From the NCBI RefSeq assembly GCF_009914755.1, contig NC_060931.1: a stretch of 64,000 bases of DNA, one strand, 5' to 3'. Positions 14,105 to 27,865 of the stretch are shown here, piece by piece. Origin of the DNA: the human T2T-CHM13v2.0 reference genome, Homo sapiens. Position 1 is the stretch's first letter. Each line of letters opens with the position of its first letter. Under the pieces are notes generated by a model. That model was not told the origin of the DNA, made no database searches, and was given only the letters and a program-made list of their open reading frames with translations. Both the position numbers and the translations under genes were made by a program.

Positions 14105-14324
14105 CAGGAGTAGTAAACTTTCTTTGTAAAGGCCCAGATAGTAAATAATTTAGGCTATATGGATCATATGGTCTCTGTCACAACTCAGCTCTGCCCTTGT
14201 AGTTCAAATGCAGCCATAGATAGCAGAAAAACAAGTGAGCTTGGTTGTGTTCCACAAAACATTTCTTTTATAAAGTAAGCAGAGGGCCAGAACTGGCATA
14301 TGGGCCATAGTTTGCTGACCCCTG
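14105..14324. mobile_element. MER58A (hAT-Charlie)
   Basis: cagg..aaactttct..gtaaaggcccagatagtaaata...gggccatagtttgctgacccctg. Degenerate 8-bp TSD atctatca / atctgtct. Confidence 0.85.
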
Positions 14325-14419
14325 ATCTGTCTTATTACTTATCAGTGGGAAGTATGTATATCTTGCTTTGTCTTTTTTGAAGGGAGTACAATTAAGGGTT
14401 TTCTTGGAAGTGTTTCATT

Positions 14420-14710
14420 AATATTATTTTTGTATTATATCTTATTGATATATCATAGTTACACACATTGCAGATACATGTGCTATTTTGAGACATGTAT
14501 ATAATGTGTAATGATCAAGTCAGCCTAATTGGAATATCCATCACCTCAAACATTCAACTTTTCTAGTGTTAGAACATTACACTTCTTCTCTTCTACCTGT
14601 TTTGAAATATACCACACATTATTGTTAACTATACTTTTCCTACTGTAGTATTGAATACTACAACTTATTCCATCTATCTAAGTATATTTTTGTACCCATT
14701 GATCCACTTC
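14420..14710 (-). mobile_element. L1MA 3' end
   Basis: tataatgtgtaatgatcaagtcag...atatccatcacctcaaacatt, an L1MA 3'UTR motif. Confidence 0.8.
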
Positions 14711-16408
14711 TAATTTGAAAATACTTCCCTATTTTAAAAAATCACTTAATTCTATGGTATTTCCTGTATGTCTCTAGCAGACCTATGTTCTTTTATTGAC
14801 TAGGATTTTGACTGCAAACACATTTTAAGGCAATTATTTAGTAGCCTATGTTTTTACAAACATTCATGTTCAATAGTTGCAGTAACTCTGTGAGATTGTC
14901 TTAAGAAAACCATTCCAATTTACAAAGGTAGCTTCCACGTTCAGGAATTATAATATGGCTTTTAAATCTAAATTTTGTGCTCTTGTGATTATGTGACATG
15001 ATCTTTGCATTATATAGAAATCATATATGATTGCTATCAGATGCACGTTAACTTTTAAATAATAAAGCTTTCAATGAACTTTCAACTCCATTTTTCACTT
15101 TCTAAGAATCACCTAATATTTCTGACACATCTTTGTAAATCCCAGAGAGTTACTGGACCCCTGCATTATAGCATCAATATCCTGCATACACTTGAGTCAC
15201 ATGATAGTTTTGATAGTAAATTCTGATGGGAATAAAAACAAAAGAAATGGTATTACTCTAGCTAACATGACATGTATTATTCAATTTAATTTAATAGTAT
15301 AACAATCCTGAAAACTAAGAATCACTATTCTACTCTCATAGGTGATGAAATGGATGCTACTAAATTCTAAATAATTTACCCTAGGCTTCAGAACTGGTAA
15401 AAGGCAGAAGTAGAATTCAGACACAGATAGAACCGAAGGTTTGTCTTTTTCATATGACATCAGAAGTGTCTCCTGGTTATCTATGGAACCCAATATCACG
15501 TTTGAACTTCCCAACCATCAATATACTTTTTAATTTTCTATAAACTCTGTTTAGAATTCTCTGTATTTCTTTATGACAACCAGGAAAACTTGCTTATACC
15601 ATTTGAGCAGTGAAGTTAAAAATCACAGACATAACTTCAATATGAGTTTTATTACTGGTTATCTGCTAGAGAGCTTGGAACATTCTGAATGGAATTAAAA
15701 TGCATTTCATTGGTGTGGAATCATGAACATTTGTTAAAATTGTTTTGTAAAAAACTCCCTAGGTTTTCACAGCTGTAGAAATGCTCCCTCAAAGAAATAA
15801 GTGCAGAATGAATAAAAACAGATGTGGCATTTTTGCATATTATCAACAAAAATCTCTTTTTATTTTATCTTGTCAATGTCTTACCATAACATTATTTATG
15901 CCATTATTCTGTTCACAACAAGTGCAAAGAAATTACATGACATTTCCAGTACATATACTGGTCTTCAGTAGGGTTTTCTGGTTACTTATATTTCTCTAGA
16001 GAGTACCTTTGCACAGGAAGTAATTTTCTATGTTTTCTAACTAAAACCCAACCTTTCTGGCTGTGCACTCTGAGAAACAGCAAACATTCTCCACTCTATT
16101 AAAAGTAATTGAGTCGGAACATTTAAAGGTATTTTAAATGAATGTGCACTGAACATTCTTCAACTTGGTTCAGGAAATAGATATAAGAAAGTTTTTAATA
16201 CCCTGAAATTTTTAAGAAGAGGAAATTACCTTTGGTTATTTAAAGCTAGAAAAGATTGGGTTTAAGAACTTTAAGACAACGGGCTAAAATCAACTCCAAG
16301 GCAATGAAAGCGTCTTCCTTTAAAAAGTCACTAGTGTTTTGTGTTTATAAATTTGTGCCTTCACTGTTGAATTTGTGCCTTCACTATTTAAAATGTATAC
16401 ACCGTATA

Positions 16409-16751
16409 CAGGTTTAGCATTTCTAATCCAAAAATCCAAAATCCGAAATGTTACAAAATCTAAAATTTTTGAGGGCCAACGGGATGCCACATGTGGAAAA
16501 TTCAACACGTAAGTACTTAACTCAAACTCTGTTCCATGCACAATATTATTAAGAATATTGCATGAAATTATTTTCAGGTTATGTGTATAAGGTATATATG
16601 AAACATAAGTGAGTTTTGTGTTTTGTGATAGACTTGGGTCATATCACCAAAATACCTCATTATGTATATGGAAATATCCCAAAATATAAAAAAGTCTGAA
16701 ATCTGAAATAGTTAGGATCCCAAGCATTTCACATAAGAGCTGCTGAACCTG
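16409..16751. mobile_element. Tigger4/MER46-type DNA transposon
   Basis: TA|caggttt...aacctg|TA termini; aaaatccaaaatccgaaatg motif. Confidence 0.85.
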
Positions 16752-18440
16752 TAGTACTCTTTTAGGCACTCAGATGTAGAGTGAAGTTAATTCTGTATAA
16801 TATAAGCTAAAAAACATAATCATTGGCAGTACCTAGTGGTAACTCAAGCTTTCAACATCATTAGAATTTGAGGATGTTAATATACCTGCACAAAACAATC
16901 CTATGTGACTTTTCAAAGATGAAATTGCACTCAGTGTGGTCAAATGAAGAAATTAAATCATGCTATGAATAAGTGATGTTTTATTAGGTAGATGTTCTAG
17001 CAAAACCTAATGCTTTACCTGAGAAGTTAATCACTTCTTACATTATTTTTCCAATTGTTTGTCTTCCCAAGAGTTGTGCTAACTTAATATTAATTTGATA
17101 TATTAGCTGTATTCACTTAAAAGTTTACACAAAAATATTTTACCATTTGTAATTGTTTCAAGTTTATATAAAGAATTAAATATATTTTAACAAGCATCTA
17201 CATAATTGACATGATTTTTTTCTAACCTGAAAACCTAATTATCACCTTCTTATAGAGGACAAGGAACAGCTTTGCAGGCAAATTAATGTATCCTATCAGT
17301 GGGACAGTTTGTCACTTGCTTAAATAATCATCATCTTTGTTATAAGCTTTACAGAATGAAGAAAAGAGATAGGACCCCTCTCATACTATTACACATTAAA
17401 ATTAACTTCCCACAGGTTTTTCAACAGTTTCCTACACTTTCACTGTGCTGAATCATAAAGTAGAAATGACAGCATTAACTGCTTTTCAAGAGATAAGAAG
17501 CAAATATATTTCATATCAGCTTTGTCAAATAAAGTCTTCAGTCACCACACAGATACATCATATATTTAATTGTACACAAGTTAAAAAGTATGCCGCATGT
17601 TAAAATAATATGATATCACAGTGCACTAGTAAAGAGGGTATGTAAAAAGGACTGCGTTATTAACAATTAGTTGATATTATTAAGTAATTACCTAAAATGG
17701 ACACCTGCCATTAATTTCTGTACAATAAAGAGCTGGCACATGCTAAAACTGGTTTCCTTATTTTCTTATCTAACTGGGTAAAGTTATTAAAATTACGGTA
17801 ATAAAGGCACCTAAAATACACAAGATTTGTTAAAATGCTCTTAAAGTAAATATAGTATTGCTTGCATTTTGGAAACTTTAAAAAATAATATTCTTGCTAT
17901 TAATTGCTATATTAAAGCTATTATTTCTAAACTGAATTACTTATAAATAAAAAAGAATTTTTTAAAGACTGATCTCAGTTCCAACTAGCAAATTATTTCA
18001 GACATTTTGCATTTATTTAATTTCCAATGCTGCAATTAAGAAAGAACATCAACACTTTGACTTTTAGTTGGTCTGAAGCAAAGTCCCTTCCACGTGAGAT
18101 TAAAACTTGTCTTGTTCATCAAATGGGATCAAAAGCTCCTTAATTAGTAGGCTGGACTAAGGTACACAGATGCCCTTTGACCTCCTATGACAGATTGCTA
18201 ACATTTTAGCATTTACAACAGACTCTCAAGTATGCCGGCTGACATTCAAATATAACTCAAATTACACTTGGTTAAAAGAATTGTATACATCTACATGAGA
18301 AGGACTACTGGTGTAAAAAATCTAAGTCCCGGCAACGCAACACAAATCAAAACAATGACTTTGCCAGTATGCTTAATAGGGAAGGACTCATCCAGTGTTC
18401 TCTGGATTGCGGGAAGTGCGGCAAGGCTGAGTGCATGTGG

Positions 18441-18460
18441 GCTAGCGCCCTCTGCTGGTT
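18441..18460 (-). promoter_or_regulatory. Candidate CTCF binding site
   Basis: Minus strand reads aaCCAGCAGAGGGCGCTAgc, close to the CTCF core consensus, in unique sequence with several retained CpGs. Confidence 0.7.
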
Positions 18461-19243
18461 AGATTCTTCAACGTCTTTAAATCAAGAATCTTCAAGCCTT
18501 GATTAAAAAAAACGATGCTCTAAAGATTCTTTCTCTTTCTGGAATTAGGAATCTATGGGAAGCCTTTTAAAAATTTAAATTTTAATTCGATTTCAGGTAT
18601 TCTAACCACCTGAATATTTATGTGAGGATCACAATAAAATTAGATCCCCAAATTTCTTTTAAAATTTAAATTAAAAATTTAATAAATTCTTATGACTACA
18701 TAATAAGTGAACCATCTGATAAAATAGTGTAACAATAAATAAAATAAGTTAAATAATTTAAATTTAAATAAATTCTGAATAAATACCTCTGATAAAACTA
18801 ATCGTTAATAATATAGTGTGCCCAGCGGTGGCTGGCAAGATGGCTGAGTAGGAACAGCTCCTGTCTGCAGCTCCCAGCGAAATCAATGCAGAAGGTGGGT
18901 GATTTCTGCATTTCCAACTGAGGCACCCAGCTCCTCTCATTTGGACTGGTTAGACAGTGGGTGCAGCCCACGGAGGGTGAGCCGAAGCAGGGTAGGGCGT
19001 TGCCTCACCCAGGAAGCACAAGGGGTCAGAGAACTCCCTCCCATAGCCAAGGGAAGCCCTGAGGGACTGTGCCATGAGGGATGGTGCATCCTGGCCCAGA
19101 TACTAAGCTTTTCCCACAGTCTTTGCAACCTGCACACCAGGATATTCACTCCAGTGCCTACACCACCAGGGCCATGGGTTTCAAGTACAAAATTGGGCTG
19201 CCATTTGTTTGGGCAGACAACGAGCTAGCTGCAGGATTTGTTT

Positions 19244-19462
19244 TCATACCCTGGTGGCGCCTGGAATACCAGCGAGACAGAACCGTTCACTCTCCTGGAA
19301 AGGGAGCTGAAGCCAGGGAGCCAAGTGGTTTAGCTCAGGGGATCCCATCCCCACAGAGCCCAGCAAGCTAAGATCCACTGGCTTGAAATTCTCGCTGTCA
19401 GCACAGCAGTCTGAAGTCAACCTGGGATGCTCCAGCTTGGTGGGGGGAGGGGCGTCCGCCAT
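19244..19462 (-). other. L1 ORF0-like antisense ORF (72 aa)
   Basis: MADAPPPTKLEHPRLTSDCCA.. aligns with the recalled primate ORF0 N-terminus MAGAPPPASLPPCSLISDCCA. The start codon is in a gtaATGG context. Confidence 0.6.
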
Positions 19463-20649
19463 TACTGAAGCTTGAGTAGGCGGTTTTACCCTCACAGTGT
19501 AAACAAAGCCACTGGGAAGTTCAAACTGGACAGAGCCCACCGCAGCTTGGCAAAGCCGCTGTAGCCAGACTGCCTCTCTCAATTCCTCCTCTCTGGGCAA
19601 GGCATCTCTGAAAGAAAGGCAGCAGCCCTAGTCAGAGGCTTGTAGATAAAACTCCAATCTCCCTGGAGCAGAGCACCCGGGGGAAGGGGTAGCTGTGGGT
19701 GCAGCTTCAGCAACTTAAACCTTCCTGCTTGCTGGCTCTGAAGAGCATGTTCTAACCCAATGCAAGGAAGCAAAGAACCTTGAAAAAAGGTTAGATGAAT
19801 TGCTAACTAAAATAACCAGTTTAGAGAAGAACATAAATGACCTGATGGAGCTGAAAAACACAGCACAAGAACTTCGTGAAGCATACGCAAGTATCAGTAG
19901 TTGAACTGATCAAGTGGAAGAAAGGATATCAGAGACTGAAGATCAACTTAACAAAAGAAAGCATGAAGACAAGATTAGAGAAAAAAGAATGAAAAGGAAT
20001 GAACAAAGCCTCCAAGAAATGCGGGACTATGTAAAAAGACCAAACCTACGTTTGAATGGTGTACATGAAAGTGACAGGGAGACCAAGTTGAAAAACACTC
20101 TTCAGGATATTATCCAGAAGAACTTCACCAACCTAGCAAGACAGGCCAACATTCAAATTCAGGAAATACGGAGAACACCACAAAGATACTCGTTGAGAAG
20201 AGCAACCCCAAGACACATAATCTTCAGATTCACCAAGGTTGAAATGAAGGAAAAAATGTTAAGGGCAGCCAGAGAGACAGGTGAGGTTACCCACAAAGGG
20301 AACCCTATCAGACTAACAGCAGATCTCTCTGCAGAAACCCTACAAGCCAGAAGAGAGAGGGGGGCCAATAATCAACATTCTTAAAGAAATGAATTTTCAA
20401 CCCAGAATTCCATATCCAGCCAAACTAAGCTTCGTAAGGGAAGGAGAAATAAAATACTTTACAGGCAAGCAAATGCTGAGAGATTTTGTCACCACCAGGC
20501 CTGCCTTATAAGAGCTCCTGAAGAAAGCACTAAATATGGAAAGGAAAAACTGGTACCAGCCAATGCAAAAGCATACCAAATTGTAAAGACCATCAATGCT
20601 ATGAAGAAACTGCATCAACTAACAGGCAAAATATCAAGCTAGCATTATC

Positions 20650-23533
20650 ATGACAGGATCAAATTCACACATAACAATATTAACCTTAAATGTAAATGGG
20701 GGAAATGCCCTAATCAAAAGACACAGGCTGGCAAATTGGATAAAGAGTCAAGACCCACTGGTGTGCTGTATTCAGGAGACCCACCTCACATGCAAAGACA
20801 CACATAGGCTCAAAATAAAGGGATGGAGGAAGATTTACCAAGCAAATGGAAAGCAAAGAAAAAAAAAACCAGGGATTGCAATCCTAGTCTCTGATAAAAC
20901 AGACTTTAAATCAACAAAGATAAAAAAAGACAAAGAAGGGCATGACATAATGGTAAAGGAATCAATCCACCAAGAAGAGCTAACTCTCCTAAATATATAT
21001 GCATCCAATACAGGGGCACGCAGATTCATAAAGCAAGCTCTTAGAGACCTACAAAGAGACTTAGACTCCCACACAATAATAATGGGAGACTTGAACACCC
21101 CACTGTCAATATCAGACAGATCAACAAGACAGGAAATTAACAAGAGTATTCAGGACTTGAACTCAGCTCCAGACCAAGTGGACCTAATAGACATCTACAG
21201 AATTCTCCACCCCAAATCAACAGAAATACATTCTTCTCAGCACCACATCACACTTATTCTAAAACTGACCACATAATTGGAAGTAAAACATTCCTCAGCA
21301 AATGCAAAAGAACGGAAATCATAACAGTCTCTCAGACCACAGTGCAATCAAATTAAAACTCATGATTAAGAAACTCACCCAAAGCTACACAACTACAGGG
21401 AAATTGAACAACCAGATCCTGAATGAGTACGGGGTAAAAAAGCAAATTAAGGCAGAAATAAATAATTTCTTTGAAATCAATTAGAACAAAGACACAATGT
21501 ACCAGAATTTCTGGGACTCAGCTAAAGCATTGTTTACAGGGAAACTTATAGCACTAAATGCCCACAGGAAAGAGCAGGAAAGGTCTAAAATCAACACCCT
21601 AACATCACAATTAAAAGCACTGGAGCAGCAAGAGCAAACACATTCAAAAGCTAGCAGAAGACAAGAAATAGCTAAGATGAGAGCAGAACTGAAGGAGATA
21701 GAGACACACATACACAAAAACCCTTCAAAAAATCAATGAATCCAGGAGCTGTTTTTTTTTTAAAGATAAACAAAATAGACCACTAGCCAGATGAATAAAG
21801 AAAAGAGAGAAGAATCAAATAGACAGAGTAAAAAATGGTAAAGGGGATATCAGCACTGATCTCACAGAAATACAAACTACCATCAGAGAATACTATAAAT
21901 ACCACTATGTAAATAAACTAGAAAATCTAGAAGAAACGGATAAATTCCTGGACACATACACCCTCCCAAGACTAAACCAGGAAGAAGTCGAATCCCTGAA
22001 TAGACCAATAACAAGTTCTGTAACTGAGGCTGTAATTAATAGCCTACAAACCAAAAAAAAGCCTAGGACCAGACAGATTCACAGCCGAATTCTACCAGAG
22101 GTATGAAGAGGAGTTGGTATCATGCCTTCTGAAACTATTCCAGGTGATAGAAAAAAAGGGACTCCTCCCTAACTCATTTTATGAGGCCAGCATCATCCTG
22201 ATACCAAAACCTGGCAGAGACACAACAAAAAAAGAAAATTTCAGGCCAATATCCCTGATGAACACTGATGAAAAAATCCTCAGTAAAATACTGGCAAAGC
22301 AAATCCAGCAGGACGTCAAAAAGCTTATCTGCAATGATCACCTTGACCTCATCCCTGGGATGCAAGGCTGGTTCAACATATGCAAATCAGTAACTGTAAT
22401 CCATCACATAAACAGAACCAAGGACAAAACCCACATGATTATCTCAATAGATGCAGAAAAGGCCTTTGATAAAATTCAACAGCCCTTCACGCTAAAAACT
22501 CTCAATAAACTGGGTATTGATGGAATGTATCTCAAAATAATAAGAGCTATTTATGACAAACCCATAGCCAATATCCTACTGAATGGGCAAAAGCTGGAAC
22601 TATTCCCTTTGAAAACTGGCACAAGACAAGGATGCCCTCTCTCACCACTCCTATTCAATATAGTATTGGAAGTTCTGGCCAGGGCAATCAGGCAAGAGAA
22701 AGAAATAAAGGGTATTCAAATAGGAAGAGAGGAAGTCAAATTGTCTCTGTTTGCAGATGACATGACTGTATATTTAGAAAACCCCATCATCTCAGCCCCA
22801 AATCTCCTTAAGCTGATAAGCAACTTCAGCAGTCTCAGGAGAAAAAAATCAATGTGCAAAAATCACAAGCATTCCTATACACCAATAATAGACCAAGAGC
22901 CAAGTCATGAGTGAACTCCCATTCACAACTGCTACAAAAAGAATAAAATACCTAGGAATACAACTTACAAGGGATGTGAAGGACCTCTTCAAGGAGAACT
23001 GCTCAGGGAAATAGGAGAGGACACCAACAAATGGAAAAACATTCCATGCTCTTGGATAGGAAGAATCAATATCATGAAAATGGCCATACTGCCCAAAGTA
23101 ATTTAGAGATTCAATGCTATCCCCATCAAGCAACCATTGACTTTTCTCACAGAATTAGAAAAAACTACTTTAAATTTCATATGGAGCCAAAAAGGAGGCT
23201 GTATAGCCAAGACAATCCTAAGCCAAAAGAACAAAGCTGGAGGCATCATGCTACCTGACTGCAAACTATATGACAAGGCTACAGTAACCAAAACAGCATG
23301 GTACTGGTACCAAAACAGATATATAAACCAATGGAACAGAACATAGGCCTCAGGAATAATGCCACACATTTACAACCATCTGATCTTTGACAAACTTGAC
23401 AAAAACAAGCAATGGGGAAAGGATTCCCTATTTAAAAAAAGGTGTTGGGAAAACTGGCCAGCCATATGCAGAAAACTGAAACTGGACCCCTACCTTACAC
23501 TTTATACAAAAATTAACTCAGGATGGATTAAAG
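20650..23533 (+). pseudogene. Disrupted L1 ORF2 (endonuclease/reverse transcriptase)
   Basis: Fragmented frames 20650-21276, 21497-21739, 22114-22914, 23137-23346 and 23359 onward; the C-terminal part is deleted. Confidence 0.9.
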
Positions 23534-23879
23534 CTGGAAACCATCATTCTCAGCAAACTAATACAAGAACAGAAAACCAAACACCGCATGTTCTCACTCA
23601 TAAGTGGGAGTTGAACAATGAGAAGACATGGAAACAGGGAGGGGAACATCACATATTGGGGCCTGTCAGGGGGTGGGGGGCCTAGGGAAGGGATAGCACT
23701 GGGCATAGTACCTAATGTAGGTGACGGATCGATGGGTGCAGCAAACTACCGTGGCACATGTATACCTATGTAACAAAACTACATGTTCTGCACATGTACC
23801 CCAGATTGGCTCCAAAGTCATTTGTAAAACTTCTCTTTATCTTTTAAAATAATGTATCAGGTTTTATGCAAAACCTTCC

Positions 23880-24320
23880 TAATCAGCACTATCCCATCAC
23901 TGCATAAGAAGTATTTTCTCCTTTGCATCCTCTGTGTATGATACTCCAACCACTGCACTCATCTTACAGTATTATATATGTGTTTGCATGTATCTTTTCC
24001 CCACTAAGCTATAAACTCTAAGTGGTTGGAATGGTGTTAAACTCATCTTCTACCCTGAGCAAAAGAAGTCTTTTCTGGAACATATTAGCCTTGCATCAAA
24101 TGAGTATTTATCTAGACAGAATGTTTAGTAAATTGCTACATATGTAAACTAGAGCAAGTTATACTTCTGAATTTGTTTTCTAATATGTGAAGTAAAAATA
24201 ATAATTGTAACTATCTCCTAAGATTGTGTGTGGATTAAATAAAATAATCCAGAAAAATCATTTAGTAGAGTATCTGGAACATACCCCAGCCTTTAAGAAA
24301 TATAAATGATGAGTTTTATT
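23880..24320 (+). mobile_element. L2 and MIR fragments
   Basis: ccactaagctataaactc (L2-like); gcaagttatacttctgaatttgttttctaatatgtgaagtaaaaataata (MIR-like). Confidence 0.5.
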
Positions 24321-25929
24321 GTAGTCTATTGCCACAAGGACACACAACTTACACATTAGGTTTACAACTGTTTATTAGGCTATAATAACTGAGAATAAAA
24401 ATAAGATTGGGACTAACGATTAGTGATATTAGCTTAAGTTTTCATGGTAACCAAGCTTTTTTTTTTTTCCCCTAGTAAGATGTATAGATCTAGAAAAAGC
24501 AATAGAATTTTTTTGTAACTTTGTGTTCTTTTCTGTATGTCATATGATACTTTAAATTACTTTAGTTATATTTGAAAATAATTTTTATCATTAGTTGAGT
24601 AGAAAACAGGCTAAAGCATCCAGGTTGAAATGTAAAACAGCCAAAATAATTAAAGTAATTGAATTTGAACATAAATGAATTTTATATTCATAAATTTGCA
24701 AACTACATGAATCACAGTACATGAAACTTTCTGGTATTTTAGAAGTTATTGCCAAAATTCCAAATGACTTTTGTAATTTAAATATGCCTTAAAGATTAAA
24801 GCAAAATGAATTAAATAAGACAAAGTTAGTAAAAGTAAGATGAAAAGTAAGTAAACAAAATATTAAAAGAATATGTATAAAGAACAAACTGTGTCTACAT
24901 ATTAAAAACCAAACAAATTATGACATCACAGTGACTACTAAACATCAGTAAGTAAGAAGAGTGCATAGTGGCATGTGCTCTGCATAGACATAAATGTACA
25001 TGTAAAGATTTATTCTTTAAAAGCATATAAATGTAGAGATGCTTGCTTGCACAGCAAATGGTTTTGTTACATCAGGATTTCTCCGTGTACTTGTTAGTAT
25101 TTTTATCACATCATTAAAAAGTTTCAGTAGAAGATGAGGATCATAGAAATTCAGATTTAAGTGACCTCCTTAAAGCTGAGAAATGAACTGCCAAACCCAA
25201 AGTCTTTGCAAAGCCCAACTCATTTTTAAAATATATGAAGGTTTTGGCAGAGAATGCTTTTTGACCCGTTATTCATTTTTCTTTCTTTCTGTGTACACAA
25301 GAACCTCTCAGACTTTATGTGAGCACATGACACCACCATGCCCCTGCCAGAGATCACATTTTCCTGAGCTCTTGCCTTTAAGGGTGGCTAGGTCACTAAG
25401 TTGTGATATGAGTAGCAGCGACAGGGGCGACTCCCAGTGGAAAAACTTGGTGAAGATGCTGTGGGCATTGGACATGGGTATGAGAAGAATACTTTTTGGG
25501 GATGTCTTCTCCAGTCCTCAGACAGAAAGAGGCACCTCCTCCTGGTAGCATATCGTACTCCATTTTGCATTTACCTCACTGATAGTCTTTACCACATGTT
25601 ACTGTGATTCCATGTTTGGCTTTTGTCTTCCCTGTAGGCCCAAAGGCTTTACAAGAGCAGAGAGGATATTTCATATTAACATTACTCATTCTCCAAGTAC
25701 TTTCACATTATAGAACTATAATAAATATTTCTCAAGCTACACAAAATAACGAAAAGAAAACATAAGAGTCTGCAGGTATGATCCTGATGATGAATTCTGA
25801 CTTTGAAAGAACAATCAAGGCAAAATGAGGAAAGCTTGGAAGGGAGTCGGAACGTCCTGGGAATAGGTATAGAATGAATCCAAGGAAATGCCAGATGGTG
25901 AGACTTGGAGGCAATAAGTGATAAGATGA

Positions 25930-26170
25930 TCAATCATAATTGCTAGTATTTGGGGGAACACAATATTTGCTAGACACTGTTAAAATGTTCTTCATCCAGT
26001 GTTAATTTAGTTTTGCAACACAGCCCCCAGGTTGATGCCATTAGTATCAATCCTCATTACACTGATTAGAAAATTGGGGCATGGAGAGAGGAGAAATTTT
26101 CCTAAAGTCACACAGTTAGGAGGTGGAAGAGCCACTATTTGAAGCCAGGGAGCCCTAACTAGCACATTAT
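25930..26170 (-). mobile_element. MIR
   Basis: attagaaaattggggcatggagagagg...cctaaagtcacacagttaggaggtggaagagcc. Confidence 0.75.
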
Positions 26171-26703
26171 AAATATCTGGGGGAAAGAAGAGGTAAATTG
26201 AGGAGACCCAAGCATGACTCCGCAATAACATCCCCTGCTTATTAGCGTTGTCTTAATTCTTCATAGTGAAGTATGGCCCATAGGTCACACTTGCTCACAT
26301 GTGATATATGTAGTGTGAGCCTTACTCCTAGCTGCTGGTGTACACAATTATTGAGACTTTCTGTGATGCATTATCCATCGGATTTGCATGAGTTGGAAGT
26401 AGACGTTTGCATGTGCACACAAGCTGGCCTAAGAACAGAAATGAGCCATCAACAGGGAGGGGGAATTATCATATAAATCCTAAACATTTCAAGTGCACAT
26501 CTACTTCCAGGGATCATAAACATGAAAAGGTTAAATAAGGCAGGAGTTGTCAGTGGTTTGGTGACTATGAAACAGGAATGAGGTAATCAAACTGGTCTTA
26601 TCTTTCATTGAAAAATACGAACAAGCGCTCATTGAGTGCCTAGGAGCACTCAACAAGCTTTGATCAACAGAGCTTTGGACCATACTTAAAATAGCAACAT
26701 TAA

Positions 26704-27259
<556 letters not shown>

Positions 27260-27719
27260 TTAATAACGATGGCGTTTATATAGAGAGGCTAGATGGATTC
27301 AGCCTGATGACTTTGTCAGTCTCTTATTTTGACCAGTCAAGCTACTAAAGTTCCTATCTAGGGAGTGATGTGGAGCTGTGCTTGTCAAAGCACATTTCTT
27401 GGACTATGTCCATCAGAGTTTCTGGAGGACATGGTCAAAAATGAAAATTTCTGGACTATGCCTTGAACCAATTAAATCAAAGCATAAAAGGACAGAAAGT
27501 TGTACATACATGTACCATATTTATGCTTAATGAGTTTTTGTATGTTATGTATATAACTATTATATGTTTATATAAGCTAATTGTCATAAATATATTTATT
27601 TATATAATTATTTTATTACTTACTGTTTTTAAATATTTTATTACATACTTATTTATATAACTATTAACTATATTATTTATATAAAATTGCTAGAAATTTT
27701 CTAAAAGAAATTTTAAATG

Positions 27720-27865
27720 TTAATTCCACAAAAGTATATGAGTTAATGCATGTGTGAAATATCTTGATTTAGCCATTCCACAATGTATACAAACATCAAA
27801 GAATCCTATTGAACATCATAACTAAATACAACTTATGTTTTTAATAAAAATAAAATAAAAAATAT
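27720..27865 (+). mobile_element. L1MA 3' terminal fragment
   Basis: cttgatttagccattccacaatgtatac...aataaaaataaaataaaaa. Confidence 0.7.

Larger units (their letters stand above)
18825..23805 (+). mobile_element. L1PA7/8-like LINE-1 with intact 5' end, two large internal deletions and no poly(A) tail; inactive
   Basis: 5'UTR begins ggtggctggcaagatggctgagtaggaacagctcc. ORF1 remnant 19914-20384, endonuclease remnant 20650-21276 (MTGSNSHITILTLNVNG), RT remnant 22114-22914 (SLFADD), 3'UTR to 23805. Many frameshifts and stops. Confidence 0.95.

Noticed and set aside
16351-16390. 20-bp tandem duplication atttgtgccttcact(g/a)tt
   Set aside because: An ordinary slippage duplication with no functional context.
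19914-23685. ORFs with endonuclease and reverse transcriptase motifs as an active or novel RT system
   Set aside because: Ordinary L1 ORF1/ORF2 fragments broken by frameshifts, stops and deletions.
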